Shown: positions 42,245 to 55,880 of the stretch, in pieces
How the letters are laid out: each line of letters begins with the position of its first letter
Numbering within the stretch: the stretch's first letter is position 1
Origin: the human T2T-CHM13v2.0 reference genome, Homo sapiens
Length of the DNA: 64,000 bases
Assembly (NCBI RefSeq): GCF_009914755.1
Contig: NC_060930.1
Direction: 5' to 3' (one strand)
Position numbers and translations under genes: made by a program
The notes under the pieces: generated by a model
What the model was told of the DNA's origin: nothing
What the model saw: only the letters and a program-made list of their open reading frames with translations
The model's database searches: none

Positions 42245-42432
42245 TATATATATCTGTGTGTGTGTGTGTGTGTGTGTGTACCAAGTATATGTGTAAATAT
42301 ATAATTATATAACATACATACATATATAATTATATATGTGTGTGTATATATATAAAAAACACCAATTTGTGTGTGTGTGTATATACATATATATGTGTAT
42401 ATATATGTGTGTGTGTATATATATATATATAT
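42245..42432. repeat. compound (TG)n/(TA)n microsatellite
   Basis: Alternating purine-pyrimidine runs, including about 12 TG units. Confidence 0.95.
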
Positions 42433-43768
42433 GATCGGTGTTCTATATTGGAATAAATCATTAATGGTAAGCCATTTAAATAAATGAAAATACTTTGGGT
42501 TATTTTTACCCAGCAAGCTGAAATTTTCTCAAAGCAAATTTGTATGTAAACAATCTATGTTGTTCAACTTTAAAAAAATTAATGATTTTGTAAGTACATT
42601 ACCTCATTTTCAACAAATGCTTCCAAAGTTGCCAATTGAAGGTGTCAAAACGAGTCAAGAATTCCTGAATTTTCATCTTTGTATTCTCAGCATTGGCACG
42701 GTTATCTGTCATATTGTGGATACTAAAGAGATGTTTTTAATGACTGAATGAAGCAGAATGAAGAATATACTTGCAATGATGGCCATAAAATGATGAGGAT
42801 CCTCCAGAGGCAGATATGAGACAAATTAACATGAGTATCTTTAATTTTGATATATTATGAAAAATTCTTGTGCACAGGAATCCACCCAAATGACATAGAA
42901 CTCTGATTGATTTCTGTACCTTGAAAGGCACAGAAAATTATATAGCAGAACATTATACATTTCCAAGTAATATGTCGATTTTTGGATAATTTTTCTTACA
43001 TTTTTTTTAAAACCTCACTTTTACATATGAGGAGATGATGCTTAAAAAAAAAAGAGGCAAGGCTTCTCAAATAAAGCATAGAATTGTTTGAAAGGAATTG
43101 GAGACCAATGTGCAATTAGTAGAAAACATTATCAGACTACAATATAAAACATAACTGAAAGGAAAACATTGAGTTAGAAAGTCAAAAGTCTATGTCTTCA
43201 CGAGCATATAGGCACTAAAGCTTCTGAATATTTCTTCACCATGAAAAGCACTGTTAAAGATCAGAAGGCCATCTTTTTTCTCTGCTTCCCAAATTTCATG
43301 TGGGATGCTTGCATCCACCTTTCTAAATTCCCTTTGCCATAACAACTGGACAGATTCATCTCTTCTTCCTCTTCAAAAAGAAAGTTATGGCATGCTGACA
43401 CAGCTTGCCTTTTCCTGGTGGACAAGTGGATTTCAGCGATGAGTGAACAGTCATGCATCCTGGATTGGGGGCTATACAAAGTCATCTTCAATTCTGACTG
43501 AAGTGTCCTTCAAGATGTCCAGGAAAGGGGCAGCTTAAAAAACATATGCAGGTGAAAATAGTATGAGAAGATGTTGGAATATAACAAAGTCAACTGCTGA
43601 GGCAAAGACATTTTACTGAAAGCCAAAAATAGTCAGGGAATGAAATACTTTTCATAAAGCCAATTAGAGCATATTCACCTGATGTCATTTGGTAGGTAAT
43701 TGAAGCCAGGGACCCTTGTTAGTCCCCTCTGGACAGTCAAATGTTGTTTTGGATTCTTTAGTCTATGA

Positions 43769-44208
<440 letters not shown>

Positions 44209-44469
44209 TGAGATTAAAAAGATGAGCAATATGGCCTTAAAAAAGATATAAACAGAATAGAAGCAAAGGATGCTCTTTTTTTTCTTAATCACGAAGAATG
44301 AATGGCACTTACAGTAATCAATACAGTCAAAATAAATTACCATCAGTTCAAAGAATGATTAGTGAATCCAGAAAGGTGTCTACACAAGCAAAAATAGCAT
44401 TATAAAAATAATAAATCTAGGCCAGTGTCAACGCCAAACCATAGAATGGAGAACATAGCCTCTTGTCAA

Positions 44470-44640
44470 AAAAGGTCTTGATGGAAGTCACCCAAAAAAC
44501 CTTCTCATTTTCCAGATGAGAATTCTGCAGCTCAGAAACATTAAACGACTTGCCCAAGGCCATACAATTAATTTTGGTAGAACTAGAAAAAAAAATAAAG
44601 TTTACTGGTTCCAAATCACCTGCTTTTTCTATCAAAACAG
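44470..44640 (-). mobile_element. MIR fragment
   Basis: ctcattttccagatgag...cgacttgcccaaggccataca. Confidence 0.7.
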
Positions 44641-45229
44641 GGTCTTTAATAATTTAAAGAAAAAAAAGTATTTGTTTTATATTTAGTTTTTCATCAAAGA
44701 AGGGGTTTCTTCAGGATATGGGAGAAATGTGGATATTAAGAATATATTCCAGGCAACTCCTGAATACTAAGACATTGACTGTATTGATTACATGGATTGT
44801 AGATTTTCCAGACCACTCATTACATTGGTCTTTGTCATGTCCTTTCTCTCCACTGGGCCATTTTCCCCCTAGATTTCCAAGAACTGTGAAAGGAAAAAGA
44901 TGGATGTACACTCCAGTACAGTTTGGGACTTGTTAGTGGCTCACTTGGAAATCTTAAAGGAACATTGAACGTGGGGAGCCAAAATGGGATGTTGTATTTC
45001 TCAACTTTACCAACTTCTGAAGACATTTATTTAACAATTAGCTATAATTAATCTTCCTAATTTTGGTGACAAAAATTGATGAGAAAAAGTAAAGCTTCTG
45101 GTGAGTCTCATGGTGACTGAGCTCTGCTGAAAGAAAATGGACAAATTATTAAGCTAGAGTTAAGTCTGGCAGAGGAAAATTCAGCAGGCAGAACCCAGAA
45201 AATCAAACTGAACAGGCTGAATTGTCTGA

Positions 45230-45440
45230 TGAATGAGTCAGAAGTGGGTCTGATTCCCTAACCTCCATCAGAAAGGCCACAGCAAGCTTGCTGCTCACAG
45301 ATTGCTAAGCCGCATTGGCTGCTGGCAGAGGACAAAGTCAGTGAAAGAGTGAGTCAGACTCCACCTGGGTTTGTGAATTTTTTGCAGTTTGCAACCCCAT
45401 TTTCTCAATAACTGGGCTGCTGACATTTATTTGTTCACTC
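45230..45440. promoter_or_regulatory. candidate enhancer (paired AP-1 sites)
   Basis: TGAGTCA at 45234-45240 and 45350-45356, HNF4-like CAAAGTCA at 45333-45340 and FOX-like TATTTGTT at ~45428, all in non-repeat DNA. Motif evidence only. Confidence 0.3.
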
Positions 45441-46239
45441 TATTAATAAAAACCATGCTGCTCTCAGCTCAGTAACATTGGACAGAACATAGTTCACTGC
45501 TTCCTTGGAAAAAGCAAAATAGCCAGCAATCAGAATTACCCAGAACTAATTGGTAAATTGTGTGGGGAGAGTACAGGTTATCAAGTTCAGGATCCAAGTT
45601 CAGTCACAAAGTGTGCGTTAGGCAGAAAGCCTGACAAACATCCTGTACTAAAATATTATAAATTGGTTTTTTTTTCTTCCTAATAAAAGTGATAGGTTTA
45701 GTGCTTTTTAACAGCAGAAACTGGTATATCTGTGGCAACCTTGAAGCCATAGCAGGATGTAGGATGATGAATCACTTCAAAAGGAGTGGCTTTTGCTCAG
45801 ATCAGCCCACCGGCAACAGGTCTTCTGAAGCCTGGACTAGTATCGCTTTTTTTGGAGAGAAATAGTAAATGCTCAGCAGCTTGGCTCTTTTCCTGTGTGG
45901 GTTCCCAGGGTAGGACCCCTGACTAACTTTTTTCACCAAAATAACAATCTTCATAATCACAGACAAAATGACATGTATCACTTGAAAGCTTTAAGCATAT
46001 TCAGTTGTGTTTAGAATCATAAGGTTGAACAACATTGCTAGGATCTTTGGTTAAAATACCATCTTGGCATTGCCTTTTCCCTTACCTCCACATTCAATAA
46101 ATCTTCTACATTATCACTTGTGAAGCCTAAGTATCTCTGAAGTCTATGCAGTTCTTTCTATCACCTCTACCATTATCATAATCCAGTCCACCATTATCTT
46201 CTTCCTAGACCACTAATTTTCCTCCTTACATTCACTCTT

Positions 46240-46631
46240 ATTACTTAGAAAGAGCTGCACTAAATCTCAGTGGCTTACAACAACCACCATTTGTTTTTGT
46301 CACTTGAGGTCAGTGGGCTGGCTTAGTTCAGGTCTGCTGTATGTTTCATCCTTAGACCAGTGGCTGTGTGGGCATACTCTTCTAATGACTTGTGCAGAGT
46401 CAAGAAGCCAAGTCAAATCATACAAGCACAGCTAAAGCCTCCGCTCATGTCACATCCACTAACATTCCGTTGGCCAAGCAAGTCACATGGCCAAACCTAC
46501 CATCAAGTACATGAGGAAACATATTCCTCGTAAAATAGTGGGAGAGGATGCAAAGTCACAAAAGTAAGGATCTATCATTCTATAACTGTGAAAGAAGTTC
46601 AGAATTAGAAGTGATAATACAGTTCACCACA
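46240..46631 (-). mobile_element. MLT1H/I-like LTR
   Basis: aaatctcagtggcttacaacaac...acattccgttggccaagcaagtcacatggccaa...caccaca. Confidence 0.75.
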
Positions 46632-47055
46632 CTACTTATTCTTTCTTCCCCAAGTCATACCAGAGAGTTCTTTTAAGTAAATAAATCTAAATAAACATGT
46701 CACTCCTCTTCCCATCCACCTTAATGGCTTCACTACCATTACAATAAATGTGCCCTATAGAGCCCTGCAGGACCCGAGCTGAGCTGCTCATTGCATCTAC
46801 CTCACCTCTTAGGATCTTTCTCCTCTACTTCCCAGCTCCAGCCATACTAACTTCAGTTATAACAAACTCTTTCCCAACTAAGCTATTTGCTTATGACATT
46901 CATTCTGTCTGTAACAACTTTCCTTCCCTTTTTCTTCGCGTACACTTAGATCTGAAGGGTGTCACTTTCTCAATTTTCCTTGACCAAGGATGTTGAGTCT
47001 GCTTGCTAAATACTCTCTGAATGCCTTCTAATTCTCCCTTATTGCTCTTATCACA

Positions 47056-47628
47056 TGTGCTAGTCAGGGTTCTTTAGAGCAACAGAATCAATAGGATATG
47101 TAGATGTATATGAGAGGATATTTATTAGGGGAATTGGCTCATGCAATATGGAGGCTGGAAGTCTCACTATCTGTCATCTGCAAGCTGCAGAACTAGGGAT
47201 GCCAGTGGCATAGCCCAGTTCAAGTCTGAAGGCCTGAGAAACAGGGATGCCTACACTGTAACTCAATCTGAGACTGAGGCCTAAGCACCTGGGAAGCTGC
47301 TGGTGCAAGTTCCAGAGTACAAAGTCTGGAGAATCTGGATCTCTGATATTTGAAGGTGGAAGAAGATAGGTAACCCAGCTTTGGGGGAGAGAGAGAGAAA
47401 GAAAAAAAAGTTCTTCCTTTTCTCTGCCTTTGTGTTCTATCTGGGTGCTCAGTTTATTGGATGGTGCCTGCTCACATCAGTGAGGGCAGATCTTCCTTAC
47501 TCAATCCACTGATTCAAAGTTCAATCTCTTCCAGAAATAGCCTCACAGACATACCCAGAAATAATCCTTTACCAGCTCTCTGGGTATCCCTTCACCAGTC
47601 AAGTTGACACCTAAAATTAACCATCACA
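47056..47628 (-). mobile_element. MLT2B solo LTR (HERVL)
   Basis: tgtgctagtcagggttct...ggaattggctca...ccagtcaagttgacacctaaaattaaccatcaca. 5-bp TSD tcaca (47051-47055 / 47629-47633). Confidence 0.9.
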
Positions 47629-47924
47629 TCACAATTGTAATTAATTTATATTTAGTAGTCTAATCATTGTCATGATTGCTAAAATGTAAGCTCCATGATT
47701 GTAGAAACAGTGTTTAGTTGAGGGAGTGTGTTATTTTCTTATCTCCAGTGTTTTGTCATAATAAACACTGAAACATATATTTATGGAATGAATTAAGGCA
47801 GTAAAATAATATAGATATAGACATATAGACACAGATTCCTATATTCCCATATATAAGATTGTATACATTTTTCCTTCAATGATCTTCCCTCCTCATTTTA
47901 CCCCTTCAATACTTCTTTGTATAC

Positions 47925-48075
47925 TAAAACAGAAGAGTTTAGAATTTGGAGCCCTGTGTTTACATCTTAGCTCTGCCATTTAGTAGCTGTGTAGGTCAAT
48001 AGTTTATTCTTGTTGAGCCTTTCTTACTCTATAAAATAATAATTTCTACTTTGCAAGGCTAAATCAGGTATGCAT
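47925..48075 (+). mobile_element. MIR fragment
   Basis: agctctgccatttagtagctgtgt...tgagcct...ctataaaat. Confidence 0.6.
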
Positions 48076-48637
48076 AAACAAATACTCAACCAGTTGTTCC
48101 CTTCTCCATTCTTGCCCTGTAGCCTAGTTACCATGCTGGAATACTGCAGTTTCTGCTGACATTTTCACCTGGACTTGCTGACAGCTATAAATAAACCAAA
48201 CCTATCAACTTTCTATCAAAATTCACAACCCATCCTAACCTCTATTCTGGTTAACTTTTCAACAGTTTCAAATTCAAAATCTGGAAAGCATTGTCCACTA
48301 AGCCTTCCTCTGCCCTCTCCCCTCAGATGTACTGTACCCACTCCATCTCCTTGGTCTTTTCTAGTCCCTCTACACTAAACTAACTCTGGCTCTCCTTCTT
48401 CTGAGACTTCTCCTGGGTTTTCCAGTAACTCCAGGCTCTGGTCACTACAGTTCAGTGGCCACATTTATGTTGAGCAGATATTCAATCAAAAATCCCCAAT
48501 GATAAGCAAAGTGCATCAGCTGACCACACAATATGTGCATCATAATGAAACTTTTATGGGTTTAAGCCTTTGGGTGTACATGGAAGCACATTCTACAAGA
48601 AAAACAACAAAATATAGATTCTATCTAAATGAACAGG

Positions 48638-48899
48638 ATCTGAAGCTCTGTGTACTGGATTGAATAATATATACCTTGTAAAATTATGTTACACATTTTT
48701 ACTGTATAGGCTACCTTGATGAATAGAGACAACTATATCTGTTTGACATCTGCCTAACTGTTACTTTTAGTTCTCTCTTGCTATTGAACAGAAAATAACC
48801 TTGAAAGATAACATAAGAATCTTCAGGGCAAATTACACAACAAGAGGACTCAGACCCAAGGAATGATGAAAATGTGTGTGTGGTGATCCACAGACACTA
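48638..48899. repeat. diverged direct repeat, copy A
   Basis: Aligns colinearly with 50021-50266 (roughly 80% identity over the ~180-bp core by hand). Confidence 0.9.
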
Positions 48900-50020
48900 C
48901 CTTGGGTCATCAAGATATTTATTTTCCTTTTAAATGTTTTTCCTACATTATTTGATTGTATATGATAATAATGCATGATTTTTAGAAGTAATGAAAACAC
49001 TTATTTTATAAATCCTAGTAACGACCCCAAAACTAATATTCTATGACTTTCCTTTTTCTAATAAATGAGAACCAAATACTCAATTGTGTCCCCTCAGGCC
49101 TTTCCTGCTTCGGCTCCAGATGATTTTTCCAGCCTTTGCTCTTACCATGTTCCTTGGCACTCCCGCATGCTGCAGTGAAATCATGCTCTTTATTTCTGTC
49201 TCCATGTGGAGCTGGAATGGTCATTCATCCCCATGACTTTGGCAAGACTCCTCAATTTCCACAAAGGCGCACTGACCTTCTTCTCTTTCTGGCAACATCT
49301 ATAATATTTTAATGAGCTTCCAATCAAGAATTCAGTTTAACTGCACTTTAGAGACTCATGAGAAAATGTAGCCTCAAACATTTGCTCTCTAACTTCTATT
49401 AAGAGCCCAAATAAGAAAAGTATTACTCTTCACTATTCCTGGAGGACATTTACTTATTCCTGCCTAGATGACTTTGCACAAAGAATCTTCTCATTTTAGT
49501 CCATCACGGTCCTACCTATGGCAAACTCGGGCATGACAAGGTCCTTGGGAGCAGCCTTTGTAGTTAACTCATAACAACCTTGAAGCGGGACATTGGTAGG
49601 TCTAATTCCAGAATACATGAATAATAAATGGATATTCTACCAAAGACATCATGGGAAGATGGGAAACAAGGTACACATGGTAGCAACACCCACTTCAAAC
49701 CCAAATTGATTGCCATTGATCCCTCTCCTTTTTCTCCTAAAAGCCTCTACCCTGAAGACACCTCATCTATCTTCCCTTCTCTGTTGCCTTCTGCTGCCTT
49801 TAAAAGTCCTCTTTGTTTTCCTAAGAGCTAAACTCGGCTCTCACTCACTTTGCTTGCTCTACTCAATAAATCAACAGCCTAATACATACGTCTGCACTTT
49901 GGTGGTCTCAGTTCCCACTCCAAAGAGAATTATCAGAGTATACATCAAACAAAACAAGGCTCTTCTTAAAGGAAAATTCTACTGCTAAGGAGGTACTACT
50001 TCCCTGATACTTCAGATCTC

Positions 50021-50266
50021 ATCTGAAGCCGTGTGTAGCTAGTTGAATTATGTACCCTGTAAATTTACATTGAGAATTGTTACAAGGAATAGAGATACCT
50101 TTATCTGTTTTGGCATCTGCCTAAATGTGACTTTTTGGTCTCTCTTGCTAGTGCACAGGAAAATTCTTCAAAGATAACATAAAAACCCTCAGGGCAAAAT
50201 TACTCAGCAAGAGGCCAAAGCCCCAAAAAGTGATAAAATATATGTGTTGTGAGCCACAGACACTAA
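50021..50266. repeat. diverged direct repeat, copy B
   Basis: Shared blocks atctgaagc, gaatagaga, catctgcctaa, tctctcttgcta, aaagataacataa, tcagggcaaa, caagagg, ccacagacacta. Confidence 0.9.
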
Positions 50267-51122
50267 CATTCTTGCCCCCTGCTCAATTCTTTAAATGTTA
50301 ATCTATCTGTTAAAGACAAAAGGCAATTTTACTCCAAATGCCATCCTTATTTTTGGTTTGAAATTTATAAGCCTACTTATCATTGTTAAAAAGTATAAAG
50401 CAATATAATTCTGTTTTGAAGAATTAGAAACCAAAAATTGTTTTCATGATTTATACAAGGCATTTTACTTGCAATGATGTAATCCTTTGTCAGAATTTTA
50501 TTTACATACACTTGCCTCTAGACGCAAGTAATTGGAACAGAGTATTCATGAGGCAGAACTGAGGAGTGAGGAATATTTTACTCTTCAACTTCACTGACAA
50601 TAAATTGTCACACTTCTTAGTCCCTTGCCAAAAATAAATAAATTCTAACACTATAAACGCTGATATTATAAAACATTCCTAAGGAACATATGATAGAAAC
50701 CTATCCATTATGGTAGCAGAGCTGAGCATAGGAAAATTGCTAAGGGAAATTGCTTCTAGGTCAGCTGTACCAGAGGGTGCCTTGTGATGAGCCGACTACC
50801 TTCCCTAGCACAGACTTATGGTCACAGTGTCCTCTGTCCCAAAACAAGAGAGTGTGTATGTGGCAGTAGTGTGCAGAAGCTTTACAAAAGCCATGTGGCC
50901 ATGAAAGCCATGTGGCTCTGCTTCTCTGCTGCTTCCTCATGTACCACACACCTCAATATTCTCCATCGCCTGCCCTGACATAATCTATAATACCTGAGCA
51001 AGAGCAGATGGGGTAGGAATGACTCAAGGAGTCTTCTAACTTGAATTAATGTGAATCCCCTGTATGTTGCAGAGTCCAGTAGAACCGAAAGTTCATAAAG
51101 TGGTGTATACTTGTATAGCTTT

Positions 51123-51604
51123 TGAAGGAACTCAAGAAACGTCACCCAGAAATATCCCACATTGGTCTGCTGATTACTTCAAACTGAGGGAACTTTGGGA
51201 ACAGCAAATGCAGGGAGAGACTTTCTCTGAACTTACATCATTTGCCTAAAGATGGATCCTACAAAAGGAATGAAATGGTCATGAATCCCCTTCCCAGGAA
51301 TTTTATTAACCAGGGTCAGGGGATTAACTTGGACCACAAGAGAGGAGACGAGAGGGCAACACAACATCCCAAAACCATTTACTCTCCTTTAAGTAGCCTA
51401 TATCCTTCCTCCCCTCTCTCCTATGAAAAGGGGATATAAGCTTTTATACCTCACCGGGTTTGGGGGTATTCACTTTTATTTCATGTGATATCCCTGTGCA
51501 CATAATGAATTTGTACACCTCTTAGTCTGCCTGCTATCAATTTATTTCATAGACTCAATTATCAAATCCTCAGAAAGAAGAGGGAAAGTCTTTCTTCCCA
51601 AACA
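51123..51604 (+). mobile_element. ERV1 solo LTR (MER34 family-like)
   Basis: TG...CA termini, tgaaggaactcaagaaacgtcacccagaaatat start, TATA-like gatataag, 4-bp TSD cttt (51119-51122 / 51605-51608). Confidence 0.8.
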
Positions 51605-51638
51605 CTTTCAACCTCCAAATCAAGAAACTCCCTAAATC

Positions 51639-52066
51639 CAGTTGACTATTAAATGACACCGGTTCATACTGTGCATGATTACTTATACGAAGATTTTCTT
51701 CTGCTATGCTGCTCCTGAATCACCAAGACCAACTCCTCCTCTTCAGCCTACTCAGTATGAAGACAACAAGGATGAAGACTTTTAATGATGATCTACTTCC
51801 ACTTTATGAATAGGAAATATATTTCCTTTCATATGGTTTTCTTAATAACATTTTTTATCTATTTTATTGTAAGAATAAACTATATAATACATACAACATA
51901 CAAAATATGTGTCCTTCCTTCCAGTAAGGAAGCCTTACTGATACTATAAACAGAAATATAAGTCAACAGTAGGGTATTAGTAGTTTCGTTTGGGGAAAAT
52001 CAAAACTTACATGTGAATTTTTGACTGTGCAGTGCTCCTAACCCCCACATTAATGAAGGTCAACTG
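51639..52066 (+). mobile_element. Tigger2a (MER28)
   Basis: TIRs cagttgac...gtcaactg followed by TA. Internal cctcctcttcagcctactca...gatgaagac. About 430 bp. Confidence 0.88.
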
Positions 52067-52199
52067 TACAGCGAATAAGGTCTCCTGCACAGAATTCCAG
52101 AATTCCATGTGTGAGAGACTTCATACCTTCAAGTCAAATGTCTCCCACAGAAGTCTGAGTAAAATATGGTATAATAAAATTTGATTTTGATTTCTGTTT

Positions 52200-53810
52200 T
52201 CAATGATATGACAGGTTATATACCTTGAATGGCTTTTCTGTTTAAGACACAGAAAATGTTTTCCTAGGAATCATTTTAAATGCACTGTTAACACACAAAA
52301 AAAGTTAAAAACAACAACAACAAATAAGCAATCCAAACATCTTAAAAATTAGGTGAAACAGTAAGTCTGAGTGGTTGCCAAGGCTGACTTTGCCCTGAGG
52401 ATTTCTGCTGAAATATGGAGAGGAGAACTCAAGTTTCTGATGTAATAGTGGCTTAGTACACAGGAAGCAGTAGAAAAATTCCAATGAAAGCCTAGTAAAA
52501 GGTTCCTTTAAAAAGCAGATACCTAAATGACATTAAAGGGAAAAGTAAATTTTCCTGGCTTGATTTTGACACTGGATGAAAGAAAAAATATATATACTCT
52601 GAGGATCTGAGACCTCAACTTGGCCTTCAAATGGGTTTTGCCCCAAATTTGCACTTTCTGGTCCAGAAATCTTGGTTAAGAATTACATTTAAAATGTTTT
52701 TGAGTTGGTTGTGTCACTCAGAAGAGACTGGCAGAAATAAATGTAAATCTTCTCTGGTAATGTCAATTTCAATACTGACCAAATATCTCACACAGATGTA
52801 ATCAAGGAAAATAAATCATTAACAGCACAAAATCCAAAGGATTCACACGAATAAGCCACCATGAGGGATATACCATAGAATCAAAATAAAGGACATGAAA
52901 CATTACGTTTTATGTACTTAAACTTTTTTTTTTTTGTAAAAGAAACTTGGAAGCATGAACAAAGAGCAAGGCATAGTAAAGAATTTCTAGATTCGATATA
53001 GAACCAAATAAAATTATATTTAGGTAAAACCAAATAATGAAAATTTAAAAATTAAACTAAAAACTTGAGACTAAATAACTGAATAGATTCCTATGAATAC
53101 AGAATCAGATAACTAGAGCACACCTATGAAAAAATTTGATGCAAAATATGAAAAATAGATTGAAAGAGAGAAGATAGTGACAAGGGCTATAATAATGCCT
53201 AATTAGATATTCAGAAAAAGATGCTTAAAAATTGGAAATATACAATATTTAAAGATTTTTAAAGGCTGAGAACTTTTAAGAACTATTGCAGGATCTTCAG
53301 ATCCCAGAAGCCAATACATCTCAAGTAGAATAAATGAAAATAAATTATATTTTAGACACATAATAGTGAGATTGCAAAATGACAAAGAAGAAACACTTTT
53401 AAAAGCTTCCAAGAAAATACAGATAACCTACAAGGGAATGACAATCAGAGTGATTTCTGACTTAACATCAGAAAGAATGAAAACCAGAAGATTGCAAAAA
53501 AGTAGACTTACAGAAAATCACCGTCAGCCTAGATTTCCTTAAGCAAATCTGTCTTTCAAAAACAAATAGCAAAGACAGATTTAGACAAATATGAATGTTA
53601 ATTTGCCACTAAAAGATTACCCACTAAATGTAATAAATATATGTATTTTGAGCAGAAAATGATTCCAGATAGAAGATTTGACATGTAAAAAGGAATCATG
53701 TGCAAATATATTGATAAATATGTGAGCAAAAGTAAGAACCACTGACTGTAAAACTATTAAATTAATGGCTAGTTTATGGGGAAATACAGGCTAAAGCTAA
53801 AATACTTCCT
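52200..53810 (+). mobile_element. ancient L1M 5' region / ORF1 relic
   Basis: tagacacataatagtgagattgcaaaa...taaaagcttcca...cagataacctacaagggaatgacaatcagagtgatttctgac encodes the ORF1 RHIIV...ITYKG.TIR...D pattern. Confidence 0.7.
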
Positions 53811-54032
53811 ACTAATAGTATATGTTTCTACCCAGGTGTGGGCTTTGGACGTGGCCTCTGACAACTGATTTTTCTAGTCCAGCAAACATTTCCTCAAAAA
53901 GATTTGTTAATTTGATTTTATCTGATTGGTTATTAAAGAAAGACAATCATTGGTGGAATATAGCATGTGCCAATTATATGTTAATTAATTAAGAAATTAA
54001 CCTTTATCTAACCACTTAAAATACTTTACGTC

Positions 54033-54394
54033 TGATATGGTTTGGCTCTGTGTCCCCACCCAAATCTCACCTTGAATTGTAATCCCCATAATCCCCACGT
54101 GTCAAGGATGAGACCAGATGGAGGTAATTGAATCATGAGGGCAGTTTCGCCATGCTGTTATCATGATAATGAGTGAGACTCATGAGATTTGATGGTTTTA
54201 CAAGTGTCTGGAATTTCCCCTGCTTGCACTCATTCTCTCTCCTGCTGCCCTGTGAAGAGATGCCTTCCACCATGATTGTAAGTTTCCTGAGCTCTCACCA
54301 GCCGTGCATAATCGTCAGTCAATTAAACCTCTTTTCTTTACAACTTACCCTTCTTGGGTATTTCTTCACAGCAATGTGAGAATGGACTAATACA
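54033..54394 (+). mobile_element. THE1D solo LTR
   Basis: tgatatggtttggctctgtgtccccacccaaatctc...gactaataca. 5-bp TSD acgtc / acatc (CpG decay). Confidence 0.92.
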
Positions 54395-54855
54395 ACATCT
54401 GTTTCAAGAAATTCATTCTGGATATCCTTTCAAATTGAACCTTTATTCCCATGCTCCTCCTCAGTAGCGTGGCTAACGAACTCACCAAAAACACTAAGGC
54501 AACTAGTCTTGTATTGCTTAATTAGGGCAGGGGATGGAAGGACATTTGTGCTGTCTACCTTCCAATCCCTTGCCCAGGGTAGACACTGCTCATTAATCAT
54601 GGCACTGTTTGCTGCAGGGCCCAACTGGCATCTCAGAATCTTTCTTAAATGCTCCACACAAGCCACTGCTCATCAATCAGAGCTAGCATTTCACATCAAA
54701 CCTAGTTACCTTTCCCAGCTTAAAGGCTGCTGACTTTATCCCATATGGAAAATGGTTTGTGATTACTACTTCTTTTTTCAGCTGTTAAGAAGAGAAATGC
54801 CATTTTATTATTTGTCCTGGAGACAGTCTTTTACCCTTTGTTGCTGACAAATAGT

Positions 54856-54960
54856 TACATATATATATTATTATATTTAGTATATATATTATATATATAG
54901 TAATATATATGTATATAAATACATATATATTACTTGATATATATATATCAAGTAATAATA
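54856..54960. repeat. (TA)-rich tract containing a 30-bp perfect palindrome
   Basis: tattacttgatatatatatatcaagtaata at 54928-54957. Confidence 0.9.
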
Positions 54961-55441
54961 ACATTGGCTTAGAAATTCACATTGGCATGGGCAAAGTAAT
55001 CTGACTTTTAAGTATATGCACTCTATATTTGCTTATAAACAGTTGTACAAAAATTATGTTTTACTATATAGACCTCATATTTGTATAATGCTTTACAGTT
55101 GTCAAAGCACCTTACCATAAATTTTTGTTCCAAATTCTAAAGCAAATATATGTTCAGCAATGCTATGTGACAAGAACTGTGCTGGCTGCTGGGGATACAA
55201 AAGTTCTTGCCCTCTTGAGTTTACAGCTGAGTAGGGGAAATAAAAACATCCCCTAACGATGGAAGTACAGAATGACACTTTCTATGGTGAATACTAAGGG
55301 GGGTAGTATGATGTAGTAATTTAAAGTATGGACCTCAGACCCAGAAAATCCCGAGTTTTTCTGTACTTGTTCCTCAATGTACCAGATACCTGACCTGAAG
55401 CTCTGTATTAGTGAGGATCTTCCTGAAAAACAGAACCAATC

Positions 55442-55484
55442 AGATGGATGGATAAATAGATAGATAATAGAGAGATAGATAGAT

Positions 55485-55532
<48 letters not shown>

Positions 55533-55552
55533 CATAGACAGAGAGACAGATT
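55442..55552. repeat. (GATA)n tetranucleotide STR
   Basis: About 11 uninterrupted GATA units (~55487-55532) with GATG/GACA variant flanks. Confidence 0.95.
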
Positions 55553-55572
55553 GATTTACTTTAAGGAATTGG

Positions 55573-55880
55573 TGTCCTAGTTCATGTTCTGTTGCTACAA
55601 CAGAATACCACAGACTGGATAATTAATAAACAGAAATTTATTTAGCTCATGGTTCTGGAGGCTAGGAGGTCCAATACAAAGCAGCCAGTTCTGGCAAGGG
55701 CTTCCTTGCTTTCTCCTGATATAGCAGAAGGCATCACAAGGTGAGAGAGGAAGAATGTGCTCCTCATATAGCCACCAGTCTCATCATGCGGGCCTATCTG
55801 ATCTTATCTAATCCTAATTACCTTCCTAAGGCATCACCTATAATCAGCATATGTATTGGGGAACACATTAAAACCATAGC
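55573..55880 (-). mobile_element. MST-type MaLR LTR
   Basis: tgtcctagttcatgttctgttgcta...gaataccacagactgg...gctcatggttctggaggct...aaaccatagc. Confidence 0.8.

Larger units (their letters stand above)
46060..47795 (+). mobile_element. L2 fragment carrying two LTR insertions
   Basis: ccaccattatcttcttcctagac...catgtcactcctct...tgtaagctccatga...ggaatgaat. Confidence 0.7.

Noticed and set aside
42205-42516. 103-aa ORF
   Set aside because: Translation of a (CA)/(TA) microsatellite.
43261-43534. Minus-strand 76-aa ORF / possible pseudo-exon after ttttttaag
   Set aside because: All three frames from the acceptor hit stops and none resembles a protein I recognise.
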